This document shows, piece by piece, positions 1 through 10,240 of a stretch of 64,000 nt of DNA; within the stretch, counting starts at the first letter, position 1; the number at the start of each line of letters is the position of its first letter. Location: IMG/VR virus record IMGVR_UViG_3300025608_000006; one strand, 5' to 3'. The translations under genes and the position numbers were made by a program. Under the pieces are notes generated by a model, which made no database searches, was not told the DNA's origin, and worked only from the letters and a program-made list of their open reading frames with translations. This DNA is from a virus. Lineage: Duplodnaviria; Caudoviricetes.

Positions 1-1170
1 AGCATCTTCATTGCCTACATCTTCCAAGAGTAGTAATCTTACTCCGTTGGTTTTAATTGAACTAGGATTAAAGTTAGCTGGATTAATAATGTAATCGATA
101 CTAGTACGTCCTGCAATCACAGTATCACTCGGAAAACTATCAGAGTCCCAGTTAATTAATATTTTGCCTTCATCAAACGGACTTAGTGTAAATGTTCCTG
201 TGACAGTTTTTGAATTGTCTTGACTGGTAAGGTATATTCTACTTACATCAGCAGCATATTGTCCAGGTAACGCTTCAAAAATTTCTCTCCAATTTTTATT
301 ACCAACGGCGCCGTTTGAAAATATTTGAGCACTGTCGCTATTTACAAATACACCGTAGGTATTGTAATTAACATTAGCCATCTCAGCAGCAGTATCAGAT
401 ATAGACTTTCTGCCAAATTCATTCTCTGTGATACCAGCTCGCGGCACATCATCATATGCATTCAGCACAGGAGCACTTACTCCTGATTCAATGTCGCCTA
501 ATGTTTCGTCGAACATACTTGTAATAATATTAGTAATAACACCCATCTTGCGTACTTTAGTAGGCGGACTGATATAGATAGGTACACTAAATGTAAGAGT
601 AGCAATATCAATTTCGCTGTCGACTCCTACAGGAACACTTCTATTTGACCATGTTACGTTTTCTAAATTAACAACAGTAATACTGGTCCAGTCGATAAAG
701 TTATCTGTGGTTTGCATTTCCAAACTAGGATTGAACAGAACTAGAATTTGCTCAAGCAACTGTAGCTTTTGATCAGTATTACTAGTCCATATATCTGCAT
801 TAACACGCATCATATACGGAGTTGGAATTAGTCGTTCTACTGTATAGTTTTTGCCCTGCGTATTTAGGTATTCACCTGCTTCATCGTCGTATGCACGTTC
901 TCTAATATTTGTTTTACGAGTATATGTTGAATCTGTAAGTCTGTCTTTGTCTAGTTCAAGACCTGTTAAGTAAACAGCAATGCGTGGCGCACTGGGCAAT
1001 TTGTTTTCGCTGTTTTCTCTAATAATATTAGCAACTTGACGAGTTAAATCTCCGTAAGTAACCGGAACATCTTTTTGCACACCCTTTCCGTCTTGTACAG
1101 GAAAGTTTGCAAGTATGCGCATCATTTGTGTAAGATATCTTCTTACTTGTCCGTCATAAAAATGTTGCAT
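1..1170 (-). CDS. T4 gp15-like tail completion/sheath-stabilising protein (partial, runs off window start)
   Basis: ATG at 1170 overlaps the upstream stop (TAATG); reads MQHFYDGQVRRYLTQMMRILANF...LPSAPRIAVYLTGLE...QILVLFNPS; both ends read in the same open frame; lies next to neck genes. Confidence 0.6.
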   Translation of the reverse strand, partial: MQHFYDGQVRRYLTQMMRILANFPVQDGKGVQKDVPVTYGDLTRQVANIIRENSENKLPSAPRIAVYLTGLELDKDRLTDSTYTRKTNIRERAYDDEAGEYLNTQGKNYTVERLIPTPYMMRVNADIWTSNTDQKLQLLEQILVLFNPSLEMQTTDNFIDWTSITVVNLENVTWSNRSVPVGVDSEIDIATLTFSVPIYISPPTKVRKMGVITNIITSMFDETLGDIESGVSAPVLNAYDDVPRAGITENEFGRKSISDTAAEMANVNYNTYGVFVNSDSAQIFSNGAVGNKNWREIFEALPGQYAADVSRIYLTSQDNSKTVTGTFTLSPFDEGKILINWDSDSFPSDTVIAGRTSIDYIINPANFNPSSIKTNGVRLLLLEDVGNEDA

Positions 1171-2330
1171 TAATTATCTGCCTTGGGTCTAAGAGCTTTA
1201 CTAAGACTTTGTCTTTCATCAACAGTTTCGCCGTCGATTTCGTTAGTATTAGTATTATTAATAAATGTCGTTTTATAAGTTTGACGCTCGAGTGTATTGC
1301 TCAGTGTCATTCTAATATCGTCTTGAACTTTAACCCAACGTGATCCGTCATAACGGAACATTCTATTAGGTAAAAAGTCTGTACGTAAAAAATAGTCGCC
1401 TTCTTCATTGAGTATCGGAAACGATATTCCAAAACCAAACGGTGCTCCATTTGGTGCAGCATCTCCAGTTCCTACTAGGTATCCAGTATACCCTTCTCGT
1501 TCGGGTCTGCTAGTAATTTCATCAACTGTTCTGCCTATATTACTTGCTTCGATGTCAGTATCGTCAGCTGTTTGTAGTGCAACACTACCGTCGTCGTTTG
1601 TACTTACTGTGTAATAATGACTAATGTCGTATCCGCTTTTTGGAGCATCTGCTTCAGCTTGTGCAACTACGGCATTTGAAATTTGCATTTCTTTTTCGTA
1701 TGTTGACAGCATGTCACGTAATGTATCGTCGCTGCCTTCTTCTGCAGGCAAGTCTAATATTTCATTATATTCTTGTCCATCATATATTTGTTTTAGTTTT
1801 AAGCGATATAAGTGTGGATACCAAGTTTGGCTGAATCCTTCTGCTGCACGGTTAACGTCTTCTACAACATAGAATCTTTTAAGTGCAACACTATAATCGT
1901 TAAGTGCATATTCGTCTTTTAAATGAGGCAATTCGATTACATCGCCACTTATAATTTTTCTGCCCAGTGTTTTAACACTTGAATTAATATGTATAGTTAA
2001 CATAAGTGTGTCATTGCTTAAAAATAAACCAAACGCACTGAGATCGAAGTCTATATCTTGAACATTATAAATTCCGCGAATGTTATAAACATCAGGATCG
2101 TACTTTCTGTCTCTATTTTCTAAGAACAGTAAGTCTTGTATGTTAGTTTCTGCAACAGCATCGTATGTAGGCTGATCAGCCGTTCCTTCACCTTCTTCTG
2201 GATTTACTGCTCCAAGAAACTTGTGAATATTGATATCAGTGCCGCCAATGGTAAACATCTCTTGGATTTGTTTGTCCAAAAAATGATAATCATTACCGCG
2301 TTCCGGTTTGTATAATGATAAGCGAGGGAT
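1170..2330 (-). CDS. T4 gp14-like neck/head-closure protein
   Basis: ORF track 1170..2279 extends in frame 17 codons to (M)PRLSLYKPERGNDY, with AGGAG upstream of an ATC codon at 2330; divergent from the gp13-like gene. Confidence 0.6.
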   Translation of the reverse strand: MPRLSLYKPERGNDYHFLDKQIQEMFTIGGTDINIHKFLGAVNPEEGEGTADQPTYDAVAETNIQDLLFLENRDRKYDPDVYNIRGIYNVQDIDFDLSAFGLFLSNDTLMLTIHINSSVKTLGRKIISGDVIELPHLKDEYALNDYSVALKRFYVVEDVNRAAEGFSQTWYPHLYRLKLKQIYDGQEYNEILDLPAEEGSDDTLRDMLSTYEKEMQISNAVVAQAEADAPKSGYDISHYYTVSTNDDGSVALQTADDTDIEASNIGRTVDEITSRPEREGYTGYLVGTGDAAPNGAPFGFGISFPILNEEGDYFLRTDFLPNRMFRYDGSRWVKVQDDIRMTLSNTLERQTYKTTFINNTNTNEIDGETVDERQSLSKALRPKADN

Positions 2331-2354
2331 AGCTCTTCTCCTATTCGTTATATA

Positions 2355-2375
2355 TATTTATCCGACGGATAAATA
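2355..2375. promoter_or_regulatory. Back-to-back late promoters (TATTTATCC-GAC-GGATAAATA)
   Basis: Perfect 9-bp inverted repeat placing ATAAATA (T4 late promoter-like) on both strands between divergent neck genes. Confidence 0.65.
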
Positions 2376-2391
2376 CTATTGGAGAACCAAT

Positions 2392-3150
2392 ATGGCAGAT
2401 TTAGCGACACAAAAACAAGAAGTATTTGACTATGTAAATGCAATGCTCGGCGGGGGCATGGTTGATGTTGAACTTGACCCGATACATTATAATACTGCAC
2501 TTACAAAGGCGCTAACACGCTTTAGACAACGCAGCGATAACGCAGTCGAAGAAAGCTATATGTTTTTAACTACAGTTGTAGATCAAAACGAATATGTGTT
2601 ACCTAATGAAGTTATGGAAGTACGTAAACTATTTCGTAGAAGTATTGGTTCACGTACTGGCGGCGGAGACGGCGGCAGTTTGTTTGAACCGTTTAACATG
2701 GCTTATACAAATACATATTTGTTGTCAGGATCTAAACTTGGCGGACTAGCAACATACGATATGTTTGCGCAACATCAAGAATTAGTTGGCAGAATGTTTG
2801 GTAGCTTTATTGAATTTAATTGGAGTAATACCAGCAAGAAGCTAACACTGCTACAGCGCCCGAGAGCAGAAGAAGGATTATTACTTTACTGCTACAACTA
2901 TCGTCCTGATAGTGAACTATTAAATGACTATCTAGCAGTGCAGTGGATCAAAGATTATACGTTAGCAGCCTGTAAATATATGCTCGGAGAAGCACGTAGT
3001 AAATTTGCTACTATTGCAGGTCCTCAAGGCGGATCAACACTTAACGGCGACACACTAAAAGCTGAAGCACAAGCTGAAATGGAAAAACTTGAAGTTGAAG
3101 TTAGTATGGCTGTACCAGGCGGCACGGGCTATGGATTCTTAATAGGTTAA
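2392..3150 (+). CDS. T4 gp13-like neck protein
   Basis: MADLATQKQEVFDYV...WIKDYTLAACKYMLGEARSKFATIAGPQGGSTLNG; GGAG RBS before ATG 2392. Confidence 0.75.
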   Translation: MADLATQKQEVFDYVNAMLGGGMVDVELDPIHYNTALTKALTRFRQRSDNAVEESYMFLTTVVDQNEYVLPNEVMEVRKLFRRSIGSRTGGGDGGSLFEPFNMAYTNTYLLSGSKLGGLATYDMFAQHQELVGRMFGSFIEFNWSNTSKKLTLLQRPRAEEGLLLYCYNYRPDSELLNDYLAVQWIKDYTLAACKYMLGEARSKFATIAGPQGGSTLNGDTLKAEAQAEMEKLEVEVSMAVPGGTGYGFLIG

Positions 3151-3217
3151 AAAACACCCGAGTTTACGCTAACATTTACATATGCTGTAAATACAATATA
3201 ACAAAGGAGTTACTATT

Positions 3218-3448
3218 GTGTGCAGTCCGTTTGTAAGAAAAGAAGCCAACCGCTTTTACTGGATAGTAAAAGGTTCATTAATCCCCCAATCATGGTCCGA
3301 CAAAGATGTAGAAGGAATATACGATAGCTATATGAAACGCATCTGGGGCAATCACGAAAATTGTGTTCATGAAAAAGGATTCCCTGCTGCTTGGGCAGAA
3401 AGAGAAGCAGAAGAAATAAACCGAGTTGCAGTATTAGGTTACGATTAA
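3218..3448 (+). CDS. hypothetical protein
   Basis: 76 aa ORF, GTG start with AAGGAG RBS. Confidence 0.5.
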   Translation: MCSPFVRKEANRFYWIVKGSLIPQSWSDKDVEGIYDSYMKRIWGNHENCVHEKGFPAAWAEREAEEINRVAVLGYD

Positions 3449-3450
3449 GG

Positions 3451-3478
3451 TTGACAAATACATAAGTTCTGTTATAAT
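3451..3478 (+). promoter_or_regulatory. sigma70-type promoter
   Basis: TTGACA-16 nt-TATAAT upstream of the kinase gene. Confidence 0.7.
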
Positions 3479-3500
3479 AATATAATTATAGGAGAACAAT

Positions 3501-4025
3501 ATGAAACTAAAACTGCTAGTTATAGGTCACGGACGTCACGGTAAAGACACTGTATGTGAAATGCTTCGCGACAAATATGGTTATAGTTTTGAAAGCAGCA
3601 GCAAGTTCTGTAGCAAGTTGTTTATCTATAATGATCTAAAAGACAAGTACGGATACACTGACGAAGAGCAGTGTTATGCAGATAGACATAACCATCGTCA
3701 AGAATGGTATGAAGCTATCTGTGATTACAATGTACCCGATGCAGGTACACTGGGTAGAGAAATATTCAAAGCACATGACATCTATTGCGGCTTGCGTAAT
3801 AAGCGTGAATTCCATGCTATGAAGAATACTGGTGTATTTGACAAAGCTATTTGGGTAGATCGCAGTGATCATCTTCCTCCCGAAAGCAAAAACTCAATGA
3901 GCTTAGAACAGTGGATGGCAGATTATACTATTGACAATAACGGCACACTTGAAGATTTAGAGTTTAACTTGGCTCAACTTATTGAGCACATTGATCCTTA
4001 TAGTGTATCAGAAGTCGGGAGTTAA
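3501..4025 (+). CDS. deoxynucleoside monophosphate kinase (T4 gp1-like P-loop kinase)
   Basis: N-terminal LLVIGHGRHGKDT P-loop; C-terminal DYTIDNNGTLEDL typical of dNMP kinases. Confidence 0.7.
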   Translation: MKLKLLVIGHGRHGKDTVCEMLRDKYGYSFESSSKFCSKLFIYNDLKDKYGYTDEEQCYADRHNHRQEWYEAICDYNVPDAGTLGREIFKAHDIYCGLRNKREFHAMKNTGVFDKAIWVDRSDHLPPESKNSMSLEQWMADYTIDNNGTLEDLEFNLAQLIEHIDPYSVSEVGS

Positions 4026-4343
4026 ATCTCCTTGCTTCCATTTAACTCCTTCTTTTTGTAAAGTACGCTGACAGTTAGCACATATAGTTTTTAGATTATT
4101 GTGACGGCAATTATTTAAATCGCCGTCTATATGAAACACATTAAACACTTCTATATGCTTGCTTGAAAAATTACATTTTTCGCAAGTATTTTTTTTCTCA
4201 TACCCTCGTTGTTTCCACTTAGGAATTCCGTGTCCTTCACCGTTGCGTAAACAAGTCTCGCATAGTTTACGATAGTAGGTTTTATTACCTTTTTTGTAGT
4301 TTATTGCTGCTGGACGCTGTTTACACTTGCATAATGGTCTCAT
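4008..4343 (-). CDS. Zn-finger/HNH-like protein
   Basis: CxxC pairs and HIDGDLNNCRHNNLKTICANC HNH motif. Confidence 0.65.
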   Translation of the reverse strand: MRPLCKCKQRPAAINYKKGNKTYYRKLCETCLRNGEGHGIPKWKQRGYEKKNTCEKCNFSSKHIEVFNVFHIDGDLNNCRHNNLKTICANCQRTLQKEGVKWKQGDLTPDF

Positions 4344-4411
4344 ATTGTATTTAGCTCACCTTTTCGGTCCCTTTTTCGGGGTGTTATAACAGGTGTTTTA
4401 CTATGAATATA

Positions 4412-4418
4412 ATAAATA
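4412..4418 (+). promoter_or_regulatory. Late promoter (ATAAATA) of tail sheath gene; representative of many copies
   Basis: Similar (A/G/T)TAAATA boxes lie just before starts near 7855, 8615, 10675, 12031, 13572, 13930, 15530, 36432, 56002, 56275 and 63621; resembles the T4 gp55-dependent TATAAATA. Confidence 0.65.
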
Positions 4419-4456
4419 CTGTATAGAACACACTAACATCCAACAGGAGAAATAAC

Positions 4457-7400
4457 ATGGCATTAGTATCACCAGGCGTAGAGGTCAATGTAATTGACGA
4501 ATCATTCTACACCCCAGCAGCAGCTGGAACGGTACCTATGATCTTTGTTGCTACTGCGACTAATAAAACTAAAAGCAGTGGCACAGGAACAGCAGCAGGT
4601 ACAACAAAAGCAAATGCGGGAAGACCTTATTTGATCACCAGTCAGCGTGAGCTTGGTGAAACATTTGGCGACGCATTATTTTATAGCGACAACAACGGTA
4701 ACATGATTCACGGCGGAGAGCTTAACGAATATGGCTTACAGGCTGCATACTCGACACTGGGTGTAAGTAACCGTGCATATGTTGTTCGTGCAGATTTAGA
4801 TTTAGCAGAATTAACAGCAAGTGCTACAGCACCAGGCGGAGAGCCAGCAGACGGTGCATACTGGATGGATACATCTACAAGTAACTACGGTATCCTTGCA
4901 TGGAATTCAGCAGAAATTTCAACGTCAGGCGGACAGAGTTTTACTGCACAAGATCCACTTGTTATTACTGTAGTCACAGACTTAGTCGGAAACACAGAAG
5001 GTAATTATCCAAAAGAATCAATTGGTTCAATTGGGCAATATGCAGTAGATGCAAACGACAATATGAATAGACTGTACTTCAAATCAGCTGGTAACACAGA
5101 AGCAGGCGTCGATGCAGGCGAATGGGTTGAAGTAGGTAGCGATGCATGGAAAAACAGCCACGCAACACTTACTACTGCAAAACTTTCTACAACAACACTT
5201 ACACTAGGCGACACACTTACTATCAACGGTTTGACAACTACACCAACAACTGGCACTACAATGGCCGACGTAGTTACTGGTATTAATGACAGAGCTATAG
5301 ACGGTATTACTGCTGCACTAGTTGACAATCAGGTAGAAATTTATGCAGATAGTACTGCAATGTCAGATGGTGCAACTGCCGACGGCAAAATTGCAATTTC
5401 TGCAGGCACAGGTGATTTGCTAACAGACTTAGCGTTAACAGCAGGAACATACAGTTCGCCTAGAGTTGCAACAGCACCGCATACTAATGTTCCAGAATTT
5501 AAAGACAGTGATGACAACCCAGCCCCAACAGGTTCAGTTTGGATCAAAACAACTACTCCAAACGGCGGCGCGAAGCTTAGTATTAGACAGTATAACGCAG
5601 CTACACAGCTATGGTCTTCAGTAACAACACCAATTTATACAACTTCAGAAGGTGCTATCTATGGTCTCGATGCAGCAGGCGGCGGCGCAAATCTTGCAGC
5701 AGGCGCCCTTTATGCTAAAGTGAATACAGAAGAGCTAACAAATCCAATTGTTAACTACAAAGTGTTTACAAGAGCAACTACAGGCGCAACAACTGTTACT
5801 GGTAGTGTTATTTCTAATCAGTTTACTGCGGCTGCCACTTATACATTTACGCTTCAGGAAACTAAAGTAGCATCTAATTCATTATCAACTTCGTCTGGAG
5901 TTAGTATTACTGCTGCTGGTGACTCATCTGATTCAGAAACAATAGTAGCAGCAATTAACGCACTGGGCATGACAAATGTCGTAGCACTAGTTGATTCACA
6001 AAATAGAATTGTTATTTCTCATAAGCTAGGTGGCGATATTAAGATGATCGATACAGATGGAGGTCTGGCACTAGCAGGATTTGTTCCAGCTTCGGTTGCT
6101 AACCTTTACAATGGTCCAGATAGTGACAATGACGATGCTGCAGATACTGCTGAAGGTATTGTTGCTTCTAACTGGAAACCTTTAGTTTATACAGCATCAG
6201 GCACAGAGCCACTTAACTTACCTGCACAAGGTCAGCTATGGTACAATAGTGTTGTTGACGAAGTTGATCTCCTAGTACACAACGGCGAAGCTTGGGTAGG
6301 ACTTGCATATGACGGCGCAAGCGGTTTAAGTGATATTGCTAGCCCATACAGCGGCACAGATCCAGAAGGACCAATTGTTGCTGCTTCAGAACCTACCAAA
6401 CAAGCAGATGGTACAACTGATCTAGTTAATGGCGATATTTGGATATCAACTGCAGATATTGAAAACTATCCAGCAATTTACAGATATAACGGCACACTAA
6501 GTGAGTGGGTATTACTTGATAAAGCAGACCAAACTACTGAAAACGGAGTGTTATTCGCAGATGCACGTCAAGGCGACACTGGTGGAACAGCAGATGATGC
6601 ACCAAGTGCGACTATTGCAGAATTAATGCTAAGTGATTATGTAGACACAGACTGTCCAGATCCTGCTCTATATCCAAAAGGTATGTTGCTATGGAACCTA
6701 CGCAAGAGTGGATTTAACGTTAAGCGTTTTGAGCGTAACTATGTAGATACAGCAGAGAAAAACATTCGTCAAGGCGGAGTTGATGCTGGCGCTTCAATGG
6801 CAGCTTACTATCCACACCGTTGGGTTACTGACTCAGGTAACCAAGCAGACGGTTCGGGTAGCTTCGGACGTCACGCACAGCGTAAGAGTGTTGTACAAGC
6901 ATTACAAGCAACTGTTAACAGCAACCAGGATATTCGTGACGAAGAAAGTCGTCAGTTTAACCTAATTGCTACTCCAGGTTATCCAGAGCTAATTGGCGAA
7001 ATGATCACACTAAACTATGACAGACGCTTAACAGCATTTGTTATTGGTGATACACCATTCCGTTTAACACCAGATGCAACTTCATTAAACGAATGGGCAA
7101 CTAACGTTAAACTAGCACTTGAAGACAACGACAATGGTGCAGTTAGCTTTGACGAGTACATGGCTATGTATTACGGTTCAGGTTTCACAAGTGATAATGC
7201 AGGAAACAACATTGTTGTTCCACCAAGTCATATGGCACTACGCACTATCGTACTAAATGATCAGGTTGCTTTCCCTTGGTTTGCGCCAGCAGGCACAAGA
7301 CGAGGCGGCGTGAGCAACGCTACAAGTTCAGGATATATTACAAGTGAAGGCGAATTTAAGTCTGTAGCACTTAATACTGGACAGCGTGATACACTATATT

Positions 7401-7810
7401 CAAACGCAATTAACCCAATTACGTTTATTAGTGGCGCAGGACTTGTTGTATTTGGTCAAAAGACTCGTGCAAGAAATGCAAGTGCATTGGATCGTGTGAA
7501 CGTAGCACGTCTAACTGTTTACTTACGTGGACAGCTTGAGCTATTGGCTAAGCCATACTTGTTTGAACCAAATGATAAGATCACAAGAGATCAAGTCAAA
7601 GCAGCAGCAGATGCATTGCTACTAGAGCTAGTAGCACTAAGAGCACTATACGACTTCCTAGTAGTGTGTGATGAATCAAACAACACACCATCAAGAATTG
7701 ATCGTAACGAGCTTTACTTAGATATTGCCATTGAGCCAGTTAAAGCAATTGAATTTATCTACATTCCATTGCGTATTAAAAACACAGGCGAGATTGCAGC
7801 ACTAGGTTAA
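4457..7810 (+). CDS. contractile tail sheath protein (gp18-like) with large internal insertion domains
   Basis: MALVSPGVEVNVIDES N-terminus; C-terminal WFAPAGTRRG, INPI, LDRVNVARL, CDESNNTP, IEPVKAIEFIYI sheath motifs. Confidence 0.95.
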   Translation: MALVSPGVEVNVIDESFYTPAAAGTVPMIFVATATNKTKSSGTGTAAGTTKANAGRPYLITSQRELGETFGDALFYSDNNGNMIHGGELNEYGLQAAYSTLGVSNRAYVVRADLDLAELTASATAPGGEPADGAYWMDTSTSNYGILAWNSAEISTSGGQSFTAQDPLVITVVTDLVGNTEGNYPKESIGSIGQYAVDANDNMNRLYFKSAGNTEAGVDAGEWVEVGSDAWKNSHATLTTAKLSTTTLTLGDTLTINGLTTTPTTGTTMADVVTGINDRAIDGITAALVDNQVEIYADSTAMSDGATADGKIAISAGTGDLLTDLALTAGTYSSPRVATAPHTNVPEFKDSDDNPAPTGSVWIKTTTPNGGAKLSIRQYNAATQLWSSVTTPIYTTSEGAIYGLDAAGGGANLAAGALYAKVNTEELTNPIVNYKVFTRATTGATTVTGSVISNQFTAAATYTFTLQETKVASNSLSTSSGVSITAAGDSSDSETIVAAINALGMTNVVALVDSQNRIVISHKLGGDIKMIDTDGGLALAGFVPASVANLYNGPDSDNDDAADTAEGIVASNWKPLVYTASGTEPLNLPAQGQLWYNSVVDEVDLLVHNGEAWVGLAYDGASGLSDIASPYSGTDPEGPIVAASEPTKQADGTTDLVNGDIWISTADIENYPAIYRYNGTLSEWVLLDKADQTTENGVLFADARQGDTGGTADDAPSATIAELMLSDYVDTDCPDPALYPKGMLLWNLRKSGFNVKRFERNYVDTAEKNIRQGGVDAGASMAAYYPHRWVTDSGNQADGSGSFGRHAQRKSVVQALQATVNSNQDIRDEESRQFNLIATPGYPELIGEMITLNYDRRLTAFVIGDTPFRLTPDATSLNEWATNVKLALEDNDNGAVSFDEYMAMYYGSGFTSDNAGNNIVVPPSHMALRTIVLNDQVAFPWFAPAGTRRGGVSNATSSGYITSEGEFKSVALNTGQRDTLYSNAINPITFISGAGLVVFGQKTRARNASALDRVNVARLTVYLRGQLELLAKPYLFEPNDKITRDQVKAAADALLLELVALRALYDFLVVCDESNNTPSRIDRNELYLDIAIEPVKAIEFIYIPLRIKNTGEIAALG

Positions 7811-7821
7811 TATGCGCATAT

Positions 7822-7849
7822 AATGAGTGGAGAATAATCTCCACTCATT
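7822..7849 (+). other. Perfect hairpin between sheath and tube genes
   Basis: AATGAGTGGAG-aataat-CTCCACTCATT, 11-bp stem. Confidence 0.6.
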
Positions 7850-7879
7850 TAAGCATAAATACTGTATAGGAGATTAAGA

Positions 7880-8524
7880 ATGCCAATCACAACATTACAA
7901 AATATTAGTGTACCTACAGAAGGTGCTGGATCTAACTCGTCATTATTGATGCCTAAGTTACAGTATCGCTTTAGAGTATTACTAGACAACTTCGGTACAA
8001 CTGGTGGACCAGACGGTACAAGAGAAGTTTCAAGACAAGTAGTAGACGTAACTCGTCCAAACGTAAGTTTTGAGCAAATGACAATTGAAGCTTACAACTC
8101 AAGAACATATCTTGCTGGTAAGCATACATGGGAACCAATTACACTTACACTACGCGAAGATGCAAACAACAACGTACAAAAAGTTGTTGGACAGCAGCTA
8201 CAAAAGCAGTTCGACTTCTTCGAACAGTCCAGCGCAGTATCAAGTGGTACTTACAAGTTCCAAACTAGTATCGAAATACTAGACGGCGGCAACGGCGCAA
8301 ATGGTGCAAACATAATTGACCGATTCCGCTTAGTAGGTTGCTATATTGAATCGGCTAATTATAATACATTAGCATATGCTACTAACGAAGCAGTTACTAC
8401 TTCATTAACTATTCGTTATGATAACGCTATCCAATTTGGTGCAGACGAGTCATTCGAAGGCATCGGCGAAGCAGTTACAAGAGCAGTAGCAGCAGGCATC
8501 GGCGGCACAACTGTAACTGGCTAA
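7880..8524 (+). CDS. tail tube protein (gp19-like)
   Basis: PKLQYRFRV, VTRPNVSFE, YLAGKHTWEPITLTLRED; follows the sheath gene. Confidence 0.85.
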   Translation: MPITTLQNISVPTEGAGSNSSLLMPKLQYRFRVLLDNFGTTGGPDGTREVSRQVVDVTRPNVSFEQMTIEAYNSRTYLAGKHTWEPITLTLREDANNNVQKVVGQQLQKQFDFFEQSSAVSSGTYKFQTSIEILDGGNGANGANIIDRFRLVGCYIESANYNTLAYATNEAVTTSLTIRYDNAIQFGADESFEGIGEAVTRAVAAGIGGTTVTG

Positions 8525-8553
8525 TACGTTTAGTTAAGGTTGGTGTTTTATAT

Positions 8554-8593
8554 AGAAAGCGGAGATTGTTAATTCAGTCTTCGCTTTTCTTTA
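8554..8593 (+). terminator. Rho-independent terminator after tail tube
   Basis: AGAAAGCGGAGA...TCTTCGCTTTTCT followed by T-rich tail. Confidence 0.55.
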
Positions 8594-8627
8594 TATATGC
8601 ACATTATACATAAGGATAAATATTAGT

Positions 8628-9854
8628 ATGAGTTTAAAAGATGCATTCCTGTTCAACCTACAATCAGAAACACACTTGCGTGATGCTCGTCATGCGAACC
8701 AAATTTATACTCAAAATAATTTTGCCTTTTCGCCTAAAACAAAATACATGTATCATGTTAGGTTTGAACCTAACGAAGAAGTCGGCAACAGTGCTACATC
8801 AAATGTATTTAGATTTCAAAAAGAAATAGGTATACTTGTTAAAAGTGCAGATCTGCCAAGTTTTAGAGCAAGTGTAGAAAACAAACAACAGTACAATCGT
8901 AAAAAGAATGTACAAACTCGTGTTGATTATCAAGACTGTAGAATTGCATTTCATGATGATAATACTGGAGTTACTAGAGCGTTATTGGAAGAATACTATA
9001 GATACTATTTTGTTGATGCTAATCAAGCAACAACTGGAAGTAATGGTGCATACGTACCTAGAGACAAGTATTTTGAAAAAGTACCTTCGTACGGATTAGA
9101 TAACGGCAAAAGAAATCCGTTTTTTAAATACATCACAATATATCAATTATCACGCAGAGAGTGGGTAGCTTATACACTAGTTAATCCGTTACTTACAGCG
9201 TGGGATCACGGTAGTGTTGAGTCTAGCGGCACAGACTTTAACGAAAACACAATAAGTGTTGCATACGAAGCAGTTCAATATACTAGTGGAACAGTTGCAG
9301 GAGATACACCAGCAGGGTTTGCAGACGCAAACACAGGTTACGATGTAGAACCAAGTCCACTAGGGTATCTCGATAACGCAATGATTCAAGGTAATGACGG
9401 CGGCAAAGGATTACTTCCTTCGATATTAGGCTTGGGAACATCTGCATTATTAAACAAGGCTTTTGGCAATAGCAATAGTCCAAGTAAAAATATAATTAAA
9501 CAAGTGGCAACTGGTGTAATAGGCAGCGTAGTGTCTAACGTAATATCACAAAATCGATTACCGGTGCCTGATCCGCAAAATCAACAAGAAGCAGCAACTT
9601 CGCAATCGGATAATTCAAGATCGTTAAGAGCATCCACTATCAATACGCTATTGTCAAATCCTGCTATTGCAAGTCAAGTAAATCCTGCATTAATTAATAG
9701 TGGCGCTCTTCCCAACGTAAGTATTAACGATTATAATAATGCATCAGCTTCGCAAAAAGCATCATACGATGCACAAATATCGACTAGTATTGCTAATGGT
9801 GACCAAAAGTTAACACAAGTCGCATCAAATACGTTAAGTAAATTAGGTTATTAA
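8628..9854 (+). CDS. tube-like baseplate/tube junction protein (gp19/gp54-like fold)
   Basis: KSADLPSF...QYNRK...IAFHDDN pattern of tube-fold proteins; position after the tube gene. Confidence 0.5.
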   Translation: MSLKDAFLFNLQSETHLRDARHANQIYTQNNFAFSPKTKYMYHVRFEPNEEVGNSATSNVFRFQKEIGILVKSADLPSFRASVENKQQYNRKKNVQTRVDYQDCRIAFHDDNTGVTRALLEEYYRYYFVDANQATTGSNGAYVPRDKYFEKVPSYGLDNGKRNPFFKYITIYQLSRREWVAYTLVNPLLTAWDHGSVESSGTDFNENTISVAYEAVQYTSGTVAGDTPAGFADANTGYDVEPSPLGYLDNAMIQGNDGGKGLLPSILGLGTSALLNKAFGNSNSPSKNIIKQVATGVIGSVVSNVISQNRLPVPDPQNQQEAATSQSDNSRSLRASTINTLLSNPAIASQVNPALINSGALPNVSINDYNNASASQKASYDAQISTSIANGDQKLTQVASNTLSKLGY

Positions 9855-9864
9855 GGAACATCAT

Positions 9865-10239
9865 ATGTCTAAGTCTGTATCAGATAGTACAAATATTAAT
9901 AGTAATTTAGAACTAACACCTGAATATTTTAATAATTTTTATAACATAGAAATAAGTTATAATCCTGGTGAAGTTGATGCAGTTATTGGTTATTTCCTTA
10001 AAAGAGGTTTTGAAAAAACTGCTGCAATCAACACAGCAAGTGTACTATTACAACAGGCAAAAATAGACAATCTAAATGTTCAAACACTAATTGATACATT
10101 AAAAGGTGTAACAGACGTACAACTAAGTTTAATTGTCGCTCAGATACTTAATTTTAATAGAGCTAAAACTAGTGTATTAGGGTTTAGAGACAGTAATACT
10201 CAGCAAGAATTGTTCGAACAAAGAAACGTTGTAATATGA
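9865..10239 (+). CDS. hypothetical virion-module protein
   Basis: 124 aa ORF with AAGGA RBS in the structural operon. Confidence 0.6.
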   Translation: MSKSVSDSTNINSNLELTPEYFNNFYNIEISYNPGEVDAVIGYFLKRGFEKTAAINTASVLLQQAKIDNLNVQTLIDTLKGVTDVQLSLIVAQILNFNRAKTSVLGFRDSNTQQELFEQRNVVI

Positions 10240-10240
10240 C

